Positions 1-8,889 of a stretch of 64,000 nt of DNA are shown piece after piece. A model generated the notes under the pieces. It did no database searches and was not told the DNA's origin. It saw only the letters and a list, made by a program, of their open reading frames with translations. Within the stretch, counting starts at the first letter, position 1; each line of letters starts with the position of its first letter. Location of the stretch: the NCBI GenBank assembly GCA_964358485.1, contig CAYHPY010000004.1, forward strand, positions 10,796 to 74,795, written 5' to 3'. This stretch comes from an uncultured Elusimicrobia bacterium. GTDB lineage: Bacteria; Elusimicrobiota; Elusimicrobia; UBA1565; UBA9628. Position numbers and translations under genes: made by a program.

Positions 1-399
1 CGGAGGCTCGGAGGCCTTCGGCGCGGGAGCGGCGGGGGCGGAGGAAGAGTCCTTGGCGGGGGCCGGCTGTGCGCGGCCCTCGTCTTCCAGCAGGCGGGCG
101 GCCTTTCCGGTCAACCCGCGCAGGTAGTAGAGGCGCGAGCGGCGAACGCGTCCGCTGCGCACCAGCTCGATCTTGTCGATGTGCGGGGAGTGGATGGGGA
201 AGGTCCGCTCCACCCCGACGCCGAAGGAGGTTTTTCGGACGGTGAAGCTCTCCGAGACCCCGGACCCGCGGCGGCTCACGACGGTGCCCTCGAAGGTTTG
301 AAGCCTTTCGCTCTCGCCTTCGACGACCTTGATGATCACCTTGACGGTGTCTCCCGGACGAAACTCCGGGGTCTTCTTTTCCAGCGGTTGCGCAACCAT
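1..399 (-). CDS. rplS: 50S ribosomal protein L19 (N-terminal part; C-terminal low-complexity tail runs off the window start)
   Basis: Reverse ORF with ATG at ~397-399 preceded by an AGGAGA RBS. Translation [21 protein letters not shown]...[41 protein letters not shown] matches L19. The frame stays open to position 1 through an Ala/Pro/Ser-rich tail. Confidence 0.9.
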   Translation of the reverse strand, partial: MVAQPLEKKTPEFRPGDTVKVIIKVVEGESERLQTFEGTVVSRRGSGVSESFTVRKTSFGVGVERTFPIHSPHIDKIELVRSGRVRRSRLYYLRGLTGKAARLLEDEGRAQPAPAKDSSSAPAAPAPKASEPP

Positions 400-418
400 A
401 TGTTTCTCCTGAGAACTC

Positions 419-1093
419 CTAGTCTCCTGCTGCCAACAAATCGGGACGCTTGCGGCGGGTCGCGGCCAGCGCGGCCCGTTTGCGCCATTGCGCGATCCGC
501 GCGTGGTCGCCGGACAATAGCGCGGCGGGAACGCGGCGGCCGCGCCAAACTCGCGGACGGGTGTATTGGGGATGATCCAAGGTCGGCCCCTCGAAGGACT
601 CGGCCTCCACGGCCTCGCGCTTTTTCAGGACGCCGGGGAGCAGGCGGGCGACGGCGTCGATGACCACCATCGCGGGCAATTCCCCTCCGGTCAAGACGTA
701 ATCGCCGATCGAAATTTCCTCGTCGAACAACCGGGAGGCCCTTTCATCGATGCCTTCGTAATGGCCGCAGACCAGGACCACGTGGGGCAGGCCCGACAAC
801 CGGCGGGCCGTTGCGGCGTTGAAACGCGCCCCCGAGGCCGACAGGAGCACGACGCGGCTGTCTTTGCGCGCCACGCTCTTGACCGCGGCCCGCAGGGGGC
901 CGGGCGCCAGGACCATCCCCGGGCCGCCGCCGAACGGGCGGTCGTCGACCGAGCCGCGCTTGCCCGGGGTGAAATCCCGGGGATTGGCGAAACCCAGCTC
1001 GAGCCGGCCCGAGGCGCGCGCGCGGCCCACGATGCTGTCGGTCGTGGGGCCGGCGAACATGCCCGGGAACAGGGTGACGACGTCGATTTTCAC
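419..1093 (-). CDS. trmD: tRNA (guanine37-N1)-methyltransferase
   Basis: 224-aa ORF with GTG start, [13 protein letters not shown]...[23 protein letters not shown], a typical TrmD SPOUT fold signature. It lies immediately upstream of rplS, as in the canonical operon. Confidence 0.93.
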   Translation of the reverse strand: MKIDVVTLFPGMFAGPTTDSIVGRARASGRLELGFANPRDFTPGKRGSVDDRPFGGGPGMVLAPGPLRAAVKSVARKDSRVVLLSASGARFNAATARRLSGLPHVVLVCGHYEGIDERASRLFDEEISIGDYVLTGGELPAMVVIDAVARLLPGVLKKREAVEAESFEGPTLDHPQYTRPRVWRGRRVPAALLSGDHARIAQWRKRAALAATRRKRPDLLAAGD

Positions 1094-1098
1094 CGGAG

Positions 1099-1326
1099 CT
1101 AGTCGACCTCCACCATGGTCCGCAGGTTTTCCGCGGAGGCCGCCGCCTGGACGACCGTGCGGATGGCCTTGATCACCTTGCCCTGCTTGCCGATGATCCG
1201 GCCCTTGTCTTCCTCCGAAACGGTGAGGCGGATCTGCAGGACTCCATCCTCCGTGCTCTCCGTGGCCCGCACCTGCTCGGGATGGCCCGCCAGGCCCTTC
1301 GCGATGTGAAGCACCAGTTCCTTCAT
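1099..1326 (-). CDS. KH-domain RNA-binding protein (UPF0109/YlqC-like)
   Basis: Likely true start is MKELVLHIAKG...GRIIGKQGKVIKAIRTVV, which has the GxxG KH motif. Its ATGA overlap with rpsP is the usual position between rpsP and rimM/trmD. Confidence 0.75.
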   Translation of the reverse strand: MKELVLHIAKGLAGHPEQVRATESTEDGVLQIRLTVSEEDKGRIIGKQGKVIKAIRTVVQAAASAENLRTMVEVD

Positions 1327-1589
1327 TTCGCGGCTCCCGCCTTTTTCATGGACTTGACCAAGGTCGCGACGGTCTCGGAAGGCTGCGCCCCCCGCGTGAC
1401 CCAATGCTCGTAGCGCTCCGGGCTCAACTGAAGCTTGTCGGAGGCCTTGTCGAGCCTCGGATTGTAGGACCCGATGACCTCGATCGGCTTGCCGGCGGCG
1501 CCCCGGCCCTTCTCGATCGCCACGACGCGGAAATAGGCCTGTTTGGGCTTTCCGGTTCTCTGCAGACGAATGACCACTGCCATATTCAC
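1323..1589 (-). CDS. rpsP: 30S ribosomal protein S16
   Basis: MNMAVVIRLQRTGKPKQAYFRVVAIEKGRG...GSYNPR is the S16 signature. A GGAGGAG RBS sits 7 nt upstream of the ATG. Confidence 0.93.
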   Translation of the reverse strand: MNMAVVIRLQRTGKPKQAYFRVVAIEKGRGAAGKPIEVIGSYNPRLDKASDKLQLSPERYEHWVTRGAQPSETVATLVKSMKKAGAAK

Positions 1590-1607
1590 TCCTCCTCGTC
1601 GCCGCCG

Positions 1608-2285
1608 TCAGGCGGCCGATGCGAACGCCGCTTTGGCGTTTTCCCGAATTTCACGAAACGCGGCGCCGTGGCCGTCGCCCCCCACGCCGCCGGGCCGGCC
1701 CAGGTGGCGGGCGGCGCGGGCCGGGCCCGCCCCCACGACGGTCGTCTTGTTGATTCCGCCGTCCACCTGAATCCAGGTTTTTCGTCCGGATTTGGACACC
1801 GCCGAGCGAAGGGCGGATACCTTCGAAAGCACTCCTTCCAGAAATTTGGCTCCGCCGAAACCCGGCTCGACGGTCATGACCAAGGCCAGATCCAACTCAC
1901 CGACCATGGGAAGGATGGGCTCCACGGGAGTGGCGGGCTTGACGGCCAGTCCGGCTCCACAGCCCAGGGACCGGAGCAGTCGGACGGCGGCGCGCGGATC
2001 GGCGCACGCCTCCCAATGGACGGTGACCACGTCGGCCCCGGCCTTGGCGAACCACGGCGCCGCGGTCTCGGGGTTGGCGACCATCAGGTGGGCGTCCACG
2101 AAAAAACCCTCGGCCTTGGCCATGCGGACATGGTCCGGGCCGAAGCTCAGATTGGGCACGAAATGCCCGTCCATGACGTCCACCGAGACCCACTCGGCCC
2201 CCGCGTCCTTGACCCGCCGCAGGCACTCCCCGAAGCGGGAAGGGTCGGCGGCAAGAAGCGAAGGGACGATCTGGGGAGCCGTCAC
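1608..2285 (-). CDS. rpe: ribulose-phosphate 3-epimerase
   Basis: IVPSLLAADPSRFGE...VDVMDGHFVPNLSFGP...VDGGIN carries the Rpe motifs. 225 aa. Confidence 0.9.
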   Translation of the reverse strand: MTAPQIVPSLLAADPSRFGECLRRVKDAGAEWVSVDVMDGHFVPNLSFGPDHVRMAKAEGFFVDAHLMVANPETAAPWFAKAGADVVTVHWEACADPRAAVRLLRSLGCGAGLAVKPATPVEPILPMVGELDLALVMTVEPGFGGAKFLEGVLSKVSALRSAVSKSGRKTWIQVDGGINKTTVVGAGPARAARHLGRPGGVGGDGHGAAFREIRENAKAAFASAA

Positions 2286-3247
2286 AGGTCCCGCTCCTCG
2301 ACCAGGATGCCGTTGAGGAAAATCTTCACGCGGGCGCCCCCCGTCTCTTGAAGGGGGATGTCGATCTTGGAACCGGGCCGCCGCAGGCCGTTGAAGAGCT
2401 CCCGCTCGCCGTATTTGTCGGCGACGACGATGCGGACCAAGCTCTCGTTGCCTCCCTGGGAAAGTTCGTAGTGAAAAGTCTTGGCTGGGGCTCCGGCCGG
2501 CCCTTCCTTGCTGGCGCGCCCGCTGACGACCGCCGCCACGGCGACCTTGCGGTCGGAGGGCAGAACGGTGTCGGGGGCGGGCGCTTGGCTCAGGACGGTC
2601 CCGGCGGGAAACAACGAGGTCGCGTCCTTGGAGACGCTGACCTGCAGGCCCTCCGAGGCGGCCCAGGCTTCGAACTCGGACACGTCCTTGCGCAGGAAAT
2701 CGGGAATCAGGCTCACCCCGGACGGAGGCTCGCCGGCGGAGACGCTGACGGAAACCAGGGAATTTCGCTCGACGCTGGCCTCCGCCTTCGGGTCCTGGGA
2801 CATGACCTGCCCCTTCTCGACCCGGAGGGAATAGGATTCGGCGACCTCACCCAGGGAAAGTTGATTCTGCCGCAGCAGCATCCCGGCGTTGCGCAGGGGC
2901 AGCCCCACCAGGCCCGGAACGAATACCGTCTCGCCGCCCTGGCTGAGGACCACGCGGACGATCTTGCCTTCCCGGACCACGGTGCCTGCGGGAGGATCCT
3001 GCCGTAGGATGGCCTGGACGGGGACCGAGGAATCGAACTCGCTGCCGTCTTTGCGGACGCCGAGGTTGAGAGGGGCCAAGACGGTCAAGGCCTCCCCCAA
3101 GGAACGGCTCCGGAGATCCGGCACGGTCTGTATCGCACGGTTGTGAATCACTCCCTCCAAACCCCACTGAAACATATAATACGCCAAGCCGCCCAAAGCG
3201 GCCAAGACGGCGAGCTTTTCAAACGGTCGAGCCATCCCCAAACGCAT
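2282..3247 (-). CDS. membrane-anchored PASTA-domain protein (three PASTA repeats, no kinase domain)
   Basis: An N-terminal TM helix is followed by three ~65-aa repeats of PASTA type (PDLRSRSLGEALTVL..., VPGLVGLPLRNAGMLL..., IPDFLRKDVSEFEAWAASEGL...). It overlaps rpe by 4 nt. Confidence 0.75.
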   Translation of the reverse strand: MRLGMARPFEKLAVLAALGGLAYYMFQWGLEGVIHNRAIQTVPDLRSRSLGEALTVLAPLNLGVRKDGSEFDSSVPVQAILRQDPPAGTVVREGKIVRVVLSQGGETVFVPGLVGLPLRNAGMLLRQNQLSLGEVAESYSLRVEKGQVMSQDPKAEASVERNSLVSVSVSAGEPPSGVSLIPDFLRKDVSEFEAWAASEGLQVSVSKDATSLFPAGTVLSQAPAPDTVLPSDRKVAVAAVVSGRASKEGPAGAPAKTFHYELSQGGNESLVRIVVADKYGERELFNGLRRPGSKIDIPLQETGGARVKIFLNGILVEERDL

Positions 3248-3256
3248 GGTCTTTTT

Positions 3257-4195
3257 TTAGGCCGCCGGAAACGGATCGCCCGGGGCCAGACGCAAGCCGT
3301 TCAAGAAATCCGCAGCGGGGACCGGCTTTTTTCCTTCAGGCTGAACCAGGACGACCCACAGGCGGCTGCCGTCCGAGCATTGTACCAAAATCCCCCTGGA
3401 ACGATCAACGGAGATGATGGTCCCGGGGGGGAAAGAGGAAACCCCCTCTCCCAGGGCGGTTTTGACGATCCCCAGTCGGCGGGGCGGGGCGCCGGAGAGC
3501 TCCAGCCAGGTTTTAGGCCAAAGGGACAGCCCCCGAACGCGGTCGTGGATGCGGGCCGCCGCCTGCTGGAAAGAGAGCCGGCCGTCTTCCTTTTGGATCA
3601 ATGGGGCCAGGCTCGGAGATCCGGATTGGGGGGTTCGCAGGACCCGTCCGGCCGCGATATCGGAAAGCGCCTCCCCCAAGCCTTCGGTCCCTATCCGGGT
3701 CAGCCGGGCCAGCAAGGCGCCGGCGTCCTCCTCGGGCCCGACCTGGGTCTCTCGGACCAATTGGACCGGCCCGGTGTCCATTCCCTCGTCCAGCCAGAAA
3801 ATCGTCACCCCCGTCCGGCTCTCCCCATGAACCAAGGCCCATTGGACCGGCGCGGCCCCGCGGTACTTGGGCAGGAGGGAGAAATGGACGTTGATCGCCC
3901 CGAGGCGGGCCGCCGAGAGAATGTCCGGCTTGAGGATCCGCCCGTAGGCCACCACGACGGCCAGGTCGCAGTTCAGCGCGGCCAATTCGGAGGCGGCGTC
4001 CGAGGGACGGGCCGGTTGGAGAACTTTCAAGCCCAGTTCCAGGGCCCGCTTCTTGACCGGGGTCGGAGCCACCGACAAACCGCGCCCGGCGGGCTTGTCG
4101 GGCTGGCTGACGACCGCGGCGACCTCGTGCCCGCGCACGGCCTCCTCCAAAAAAGGGACGGCCGTTTCCGGGGTCCCGAAGAACACTATCCTCAC
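3257..4195 (-). CDS. fmt: methionyl-tRNA formyltransferase
   Basis: A GTG start gives VRIVFFGTPETAVPFLEE...INVHFSLLPKYRGAAPVQWALVHGE, the Fmt N- and C-domain signatures. The upstream 133 codons of the track ORF are a GC-rich read-through and are not counted. There is a 4-nt overlap with def. Confidence 0.88.
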   Translation of the reverse strand: MRIVFFGTPETAVPFLEEAVRGHEVAAVVSQPDKPAGRGLSVAPTPVKKRALELGLKVLQPARPSDAASELAALNCDLAVVVAYGRILKPDILSAARLGAINVHFSLLPKYRGAAPVQWALVHGESRTGVTIFWLDEGMDTGPVQLVRETQVGPEEDAGALLARLTRIGTEGLGEALSDIAAGRVLRTPQSGSPSLAPLIQKEDGRLSFQQAAARIHDRVRGLSLWPKTWLELSGAPPRRLGIVKTALGEGVSSFPPGTIISVDRSRGILVQCSDGSRLWVVLVQPEGKKPVPAADFLNGLRLAPGDPFPAA

Positions 4196-4704
4196 GACCA
4201 GTTCTTCTTGAGGTCCTTGAGAATGCCCTGGACCCGCAGGCGCGCCTCGAAGGGAAGGTGGTCGATAAAGAGCTTGCCGTCCAAATGGTCGGTCTCGTGC
4301 TGAAAGGCCCGCGCCAACAGGCCCGTGCCCTCCATTTCGTAAGGCTCGCCGCGGGCGTCCAGCGCGCGGATGCGGGCCCGGACGGAGCGCGTGATTTTGG
4401 AGTACAGACCCGGCAGGGACAGACAGCCTTCCTCCTCGTGCACGCCGCCTTCCAAGGAGAGAATCTCGGGGTTGATGAGCACCAAAGGCTGGCGCTTGCC
4501 TTCCGGCCGCACGTCGATGACCGCCAGACGCAGGGAAAGTCCGATCTGGGGCGCGGCCAAACCCACCCCGTTGACGGAGTGCATCGTCGCCCACATGTCC
4601 CGAAGCAGGCGCGGAAGATCCTTTTTAAGGGCCCCGTAATCCACGGGCTCGGCGGCCTTGCGCAGAACCGCCTCACCGTGCTTGGTAATGCGAAGAACGC
4701 TCAT
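4192..4704 (-). CDS. def: peptide deformylase
   Basis: The three PDF motifs are present: GVGLAAPQIG, EGCLSLPG and QHETDHLDG. 170 aa. Confidence 0.95.
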   Translation of the reverse strand: MSVLRITKHGEAVLRKAAEPVDYGALKKDLPRLLRDMWATMHSVNGVGLAAPQIGLSLRLAVIDVRPEGKRQPLVLINPEILSLEGGVHEEEGCLSLPGLYSKITRSVRARIRALDARGEPYEMEGTGLLARAFQHETDHLDGKLFIDHLPFEARLRVQGILKDLKKNWS

Positions 4705-6701
4705 CAGAGGTCGACCGTCATCTCCTTGCCGTCGCCCAATATCCGGAACCGGACCGGCTGGCTCTCCTTGGTCTGCTGTGCGCCCCAGGTCATGGCCAGG
4801 CGCTCCAACTGGACCTCCAGGCTCACCCGGCCGGAGATTCCGATGACGACTTCCTGGGCGCCGACGGCCTGGGCCGCCTGGGAGACGGCGTAGGCGGGAT
4901 CCTTGGACACGACCAAAAGGGGGATGACGGTTTTTCCGCTTTTCTCCGCCAGGGTGATCACGCGCGTGAAGAGAAGCTCCTCCTCGGGGCCCATGGCGGT
5001 CATTTCACCTTCGAAACCCAGGCCGCGTTCGACCTTGGAATGCATGGCGACCAAGTCCGTAGTCTCGGAATCCAAGGTTTCCAACGCCTTGGACAGGTGG
5101 GCGAGGCGGTTGGGATCGGCCAGGGCGACCAGCACCCGATTCGGCTTGACGATCGCCCCGATCGCGGTGGAAAGGTCCGGGGCGTGGCGGAGATTGAGCT
5201 TTTCGCGGTGGTCCTGGGCCAAATGCCCGCCCGCTTTCCGGTTGATCCGCTCCGAAATGTAGAACAGGATGAAGAAAAACGCCGTGAATATCAGGCCGGA
5301 AATCGTTGCGACCCGCTTGGTCAGCAAGTTCACGCCGCCGACCGCCAAAAGGACCGCGAAGATGAAGGAAAGTCCGACCGGCCATTGAGTTTCGCCGATG
5401 CGAAGGTTCAACGGAACCATCCATTCCCGGGCCCCCCGATCCTTGAAGCGAAGCGCCACGACCGCCAGGGACATGAAAACGAAGCTCCAGATCACCCCGA
5501 AGGCGTAGGCCTCCCCCAGAAGATACAGGTCGCCCCGGCAGAGCAGAATGGTCCCGATCTGCATCGCCACGATGAGGTTGACCATCCGATGGGTGGTCCC
5601 GTAGCGGTGGTGGAGAAACCGAAACCAATCGGGAAGCACGCCGTCCTCGGCCAGGCGGTTCATGACCCCGTTGGCGCCCATGATGGCGGTGTTGACGGCC
5701 CCCGCCAGGATCACGGCTCCCACCAGCACGACGAAGGCCTGCAGCGCCAGCCTCAGCCAGTGCGGCCCAAGCATCGACATCGCCAACCCGGCCAGGAGAT
5801 TCTCCGAATAATGGGCGCGCAACTCTTCCGGGATCAGGCCCACCGCGAGGAAAGACACTCCGGTCGTCAGGAGAAAGGCGAATACAAAAATGATGATCGC
5901 GGCGCGTTTGAGATTGAACAGCTTGGGCGCCTCCATCTCCCGGTACACTTGGGCAAGGGTTTCCAGCCCGCTCATGCCGAGGAAGGCGTGGCCGAAGGCG
6001 ATCAACATTCCGACCGCGCCGATTCTCCGGTGCCAATCGGAATTCTTGAGCCAGCCCAAGGAATCGGGCGTGAAGCTCAACTCCAGGGAAGGCCAATGAA
6101 ATCCCCGGACCAAGGCGGTGGCCGCCCCCCAGGCGAAGACGACGAGGCCCATGACCGCCACCAGCCGGATGATCTTCCAGGCCTTGTCGCTGGATTCCTC
6201 GATGCCCCGGATGTTCTGCTCCCAGAAATACAGGGTGACCCCCACCGCGAAAAGCGAGGCGAAGATCGCGGGATTGAGCTTCCAACCGATGTTGACCAAC
6301 GGGAAAAGGCTGTTGAGCAGGCCGGCCACGTATTGCCCCGCGGAGACCGAGCTGATCGCCCCGGTCAAAACATAGTCGAACATCAGGGCCGAGACGGAAA
6401 GTTTGGCCATGGTGCCCCCCATGGACTCCTTGACCACCTTGTAAACGCCGCCGCGGACGAACATGCTGGAGGCCTCGACGTACATCGCCAGCACGCAGGC
6501 CGAGAAGAGCATGACGGCCAGGATGGCCCAGGGCGCGGCCGGGCCGACGGCTTTCTCGGAAATGCCGCCGATGTACCAAGCGGTGGAGGCCATGTCGCAG
6601 AGCACGATCGCGGCGGCCCGCCAGAAGGGAATGAAGGTCAGCATCGCGGTGGTCAGCACCACCACGCTCGTCACCCGGACCTTGGCTCGCTTGCTGGACA
6701 C
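4704..6701 (-). CDS. APC-family amino-acid permease fused to a C-terminal universal-stress-protein (UspA-like) domain
   Basis: The first ~470 aa are predicted to span the membrane ~12 times with APC-type motifs. The C-terminal ~170 aa (VLVALADPNRLAHLSKA...VVIGISGR) resemble a Usp alpha/beta domain. Confidence 0.8.
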   Translation of the reverse strand: MSSKRAKVRVTSVVVLTTAMLTFIPFWRAAAIVLCDMASTAWYIGGISEKAVGPAAPWAILAVMLFSACVLAMYVEASSMFVRGGVYKVVKESMGGTMAKLSVSALMFDYVLTGAISSVSAGQYVAGLLNSLFPLVNIGWKLNPAIFASLFAVGVTLYFWEQNIRGIEESSDKAWKIIRLVAVMGLVVFAWGAATALVRGFHWPSLELSFTPDSLGWLKNSDWHRRIGAVGMLIAFGHAFLGMSGLETLAQVYREMEAPKLFNLKRAAIIIFVFAFLLTTGVSFLAVGLIPEELRAHYSENLLAGLAMSMLGPHWLRLALQAFVVLVGAVILAGAVNTAIMGANGVMNRLAEDGVLPDWFRFLHHRYGTTHRMVNLIVAMQIGTILLCRGDLYLLGEAYAFGVIWSFVFMSLAVVALRFKDRGAREWMVPLNLRIGETQWPVGLSFIFAVLLAVGGVNLLTKRVATISGLIFTAFFFILFYISERINRKAGGHLAQDHREKLNLRHAPDLSTAIGAIVKPNRVLVALADPNRLAHLSKALETLDSETTDLVAMHSKVERGLGFEGEMTAMGPEEELLFTRVITLAEKSGKTVIPLLVVSKDPAYAVSQAAQAVGAQEVVIGISGRVSLEVQLERLAMTWGAQQTKESQPVRFRILGDGKEMTVDL

Positions 6702-6709
6702 GAGGGCCG

Positions 6710-7288
6710 TCAGGCTTCTTTGCGGCGGATCAACTCCAGGGCCGCCGCGGGGGTCGCCGCTTGAGAAAGCTGCTCCACCAGATCCGGCTGGAAGAAGAAG
6801 GAGACTTCCCGGAGCATCCGCAGGTGGGGCTGGATGAACTCCTGTTTATCCGGGGAGAAAAACAAGAACATGACCCGGATCACCAATTGGGGATCCGCAA
6901 TCCCCTGGGGGACCAAGGCCATCCCGGCCACGATCCGGGAAATCGATTCCAGGCGCGCGTGGGGAAGGCTCAAACCGGTATCCAAGGTGGTGCTGACCGA
7001 TTTCTCCCGATCGACCACCTTGGCCAGGAGCGCGTCCTTGTTCGAGAATCCGTGTTTGGCGCAAAGGGCCGTGACCAGGCCCTCCAGAAGGGCTCCCTTG
7101 TCCTGGCCGGGCTGGGCCACCAGGATCACGTCCTCGCTCAAAAGCTCGGAAACCGGAGACGATTTGGCCTTGCCCTTGGACGGCTTGGCCGATCCGGCGG
7201 CGGGCGAGGAGGCCTTCTCCTGGGGCATCGGCTCCGGGGGAGGGGGCGGGGGAGGCGTGGATTTCTTCTGGAACCAACCGAGCGACAT
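6710..7288 (-). CDS. PTS EIIA-type (EIIA-Ntr/fructose-type) regulatory domain protein with Pro-rich N-terminal extension
   Basis: MSLGWFQKKSTPPPPPPPEP... is followed by a PTS_EIIA_2-like domain (ALLEGLVTALCAKHGF...LPHARL...VIRVMFLFFSPD). The start is inferred at MSLGW. The longer track ORF upstream is GC read-through. Confidence 0.7.
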   Translation of the reverse strand: MSLGWFQKKSTPPPPPPPEPMPQEKASSPAAGSAKPSKGKAKSSPVSELLSEDVILVAQPGQDKGALLEGLVTALCAKHGFSNKDALLAKVVDREKSVSTTLDTGLSLPHARLESISRIVAGMALVPQGIADPQLVIRVMFLFFSPDKQEFIQPHLRMLREVSFFFQPDLVEQLSQAATPAAALELIRRKEA

Positions 7289-7318
7289 AGGCGTCCGGGC
7301 ATTATAGTAGAATGGCCC

Positions 7319-8101
7319 ATGGTTCGCAAGCGGTCGGGGGCGGGAACCCTTCGGGGCCTGACCTTGATCCTGACCCGCCCCCGCAATCAGGCGGGGGAGA
7401 TGGCCGCCGCCCTGCGCGCCGCGGGGGCAAAGGTGGTCCTGGCCCCCTTGATCCGGATCGAGCCCCCGGATTCCTGGGCGCCCCTGGACCGGGCCCTGAC
7501 GAACCTCGGCGGCTTCGACGCCGTCGTGTTCGCCAGCGCCAACGCCGGAGAAGCCTTCTTTTCCCGGGCACAATCCCTTCGATTGGGCGCCCTGCCGCGG
7601 CCCCTCCGTCTTTTCGCCGTGGGGCCCGGAACGGCCCTGAGCCTGGCCGCGCACGGCTGGCCCGGAGCCGTCCAGCCCGCCAAAAATCAAGCGGAGGGCC
7701 TGGCACGGCGTCTGGGAGCGGTCCGAGGCTGGAAAATCCTCATTCCGCGGGCCGCCGAGGGGAGGGAGGCCCTCCCCCGGCTGCTGAGAAAAGCCGGGGC
7801 CAAGGTCACTTTGGCCCCGTGCTACCGGACCCGTCCGGATAAAGCCGGAGGGCGGGTCCTGGCCCGCGCAACCGGCCGCGGCGGGGTCCTCGTCGCCTTC
7901 GCCTCCCCGTCGGCCGTCAAGGCCGCCCGGAAGGCCTTGGGAGCCTCGGGGTTTCGCTCTTTGTTTCGAGGGGCAGGGGCGGCGGCCCTGGGTCCCGTGA
8001 CCGCCGCCGCCCTTAAAAAGTTCGGCGTCGTCGCCCGCGCGGTTTCCCTGAAACCGACGGCGGCGGGACTAGTGGACGCCCTCGCGGAGAACCTCGCGTG
8101 A
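7319..8101 (+). CDS. hemD: uroporphyrinogen-III synthase
   Basis: MVRKRSGAGTLRGLTLILTRP...GAKVVLAPLIRIEPP in the first half and ILIPRAAEGREALPRLLRKAGAKVTLAPCYRT in the second half are the HemD duplicated-half motifs. The start is inferred 30 nt from the divergent PTS gene. Confidence 0.75.
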   Translation: MVRKRSGAGTLRGLTLILTRPRNQAGEMAAALRAAGAKVVLAPLIRIEPPDSWAPLDRALTNLGGFDAVVFASANAGEAFFSRAQSLRLGALPRPLRLFAVGPGTALSLAAHGWPGAVQPAKNQAEGLARRLGAVRGWKILIPRAAEGREALPRLLRKAGAKVTLAPCYRTRPDKAGGRVLARATGRGGVLVAFASPSAVKAARKALGASGFRSLFRGAGAAALGPVTAAALKKFGVVARAVSLKPTAAGLVDALAENLA

Positions 8102-8889
8102 TCCCGGCCCGAGCCGAAAAGGTCTTGGGAACCGCCCTCTCCCGCGCGGGCCGGGTGCTGCGGCGCAAGTTCGGGAAAGTCGGGGTCGGCTACAAAGGAA
8201 GGGCCAACCTCGTCACCGCCGCCGACCTCGAAAGCCAGGAGGCCGTCCTGGCGACGATCCGCCGGGCGTTCCCCGGCCACGATTACCTGGCCGAGGAAAG
8301 TGCCGCCAAAAAGACCGGCTCCGACTATCTTTGGGTCATCGATCCGTTGGACGGAACGACCAATTTCGCCCACGGCTATCCGGTCTGCTGCGTGTCGATC
8401 GGCCTGCTGCGGCGGGGCGTCCCGGTGCTGGCCGGGATTTACGATCCGTTCCGCCGCGAGCGGTTCACCGCCCGCCGGGGACGGGGCGCCCATTTGAACG
8501 GGCGCCGCATCCGGGTTTCCGCGGCTGGCTCCGTGTCCGAATCACTGTTGGTGACCGGCTTTCCTTATGACCGGGCGGAGCGCTCCAGATTCTACGTCGA
8601 GTTCTACCGCCGCTTCATGGTCTCTTGCCACGACGTCCGACGGAGCGGCTCGGCGGCCCTGGACCTGGCGTGGATCGCGGCGGGCCGGGCCGAAGGATTC
8701 TGGGAGTTCAATTTAAGCCCCTGGGACGTGGCGGCCGGCGCTCTTCTGGTCGCTGAAGCCGGGGGCAAGGTGACGGATTTCGCGGGCCGCCCGTGGCGGT
8801 CCCTTGAGGATTTCGGGCGCCGGACTTTGGCCACCAACGGGCGCGTCCACGCCGAGATGCTGAAAACCTTGAACAAGGGCTTGCCGTGA
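8098..8889 (+). CDS. inositol monophosphatase family protein (SuhB-like)
   Basis: The IMPase motifs YLWVIDPLDGTTNF and WDVAAGALLVAEAGG are present. It overlaps hemD by 4 nt. Confidence 0.88.
   Translation: MIPARAEKVLGTALSRAGRVLRRKFGKVGVGYKGRANLVTAADLESQEAVLATIRRAFPGHDYLAEESAAKKTGSDYLWVIDPLDGTTNFAHGYPVCCVSIGLLRRGVPVLAGIYDPFRRERFTARRGRGAHLNGRRIRVSAAGSVSESLLVTGFPYDRAERSRFYVEFYRRFMVSCHDVRRSGSAALDLAWIAAGRAEGFWEFNLSPWDVAAGALLVAEAGGKVTDFAGRPWRSLEDFGRRTLATNGRVHAEMLKTLNKGLP

Noticed and set aside
3513-4676. 387-aa reverse ORF overlapping def/fmt in another frame
   Set aside because: def and fmt motifs are unambiguous in their own frames. This ORF is Arg/Pro-rich with no features.
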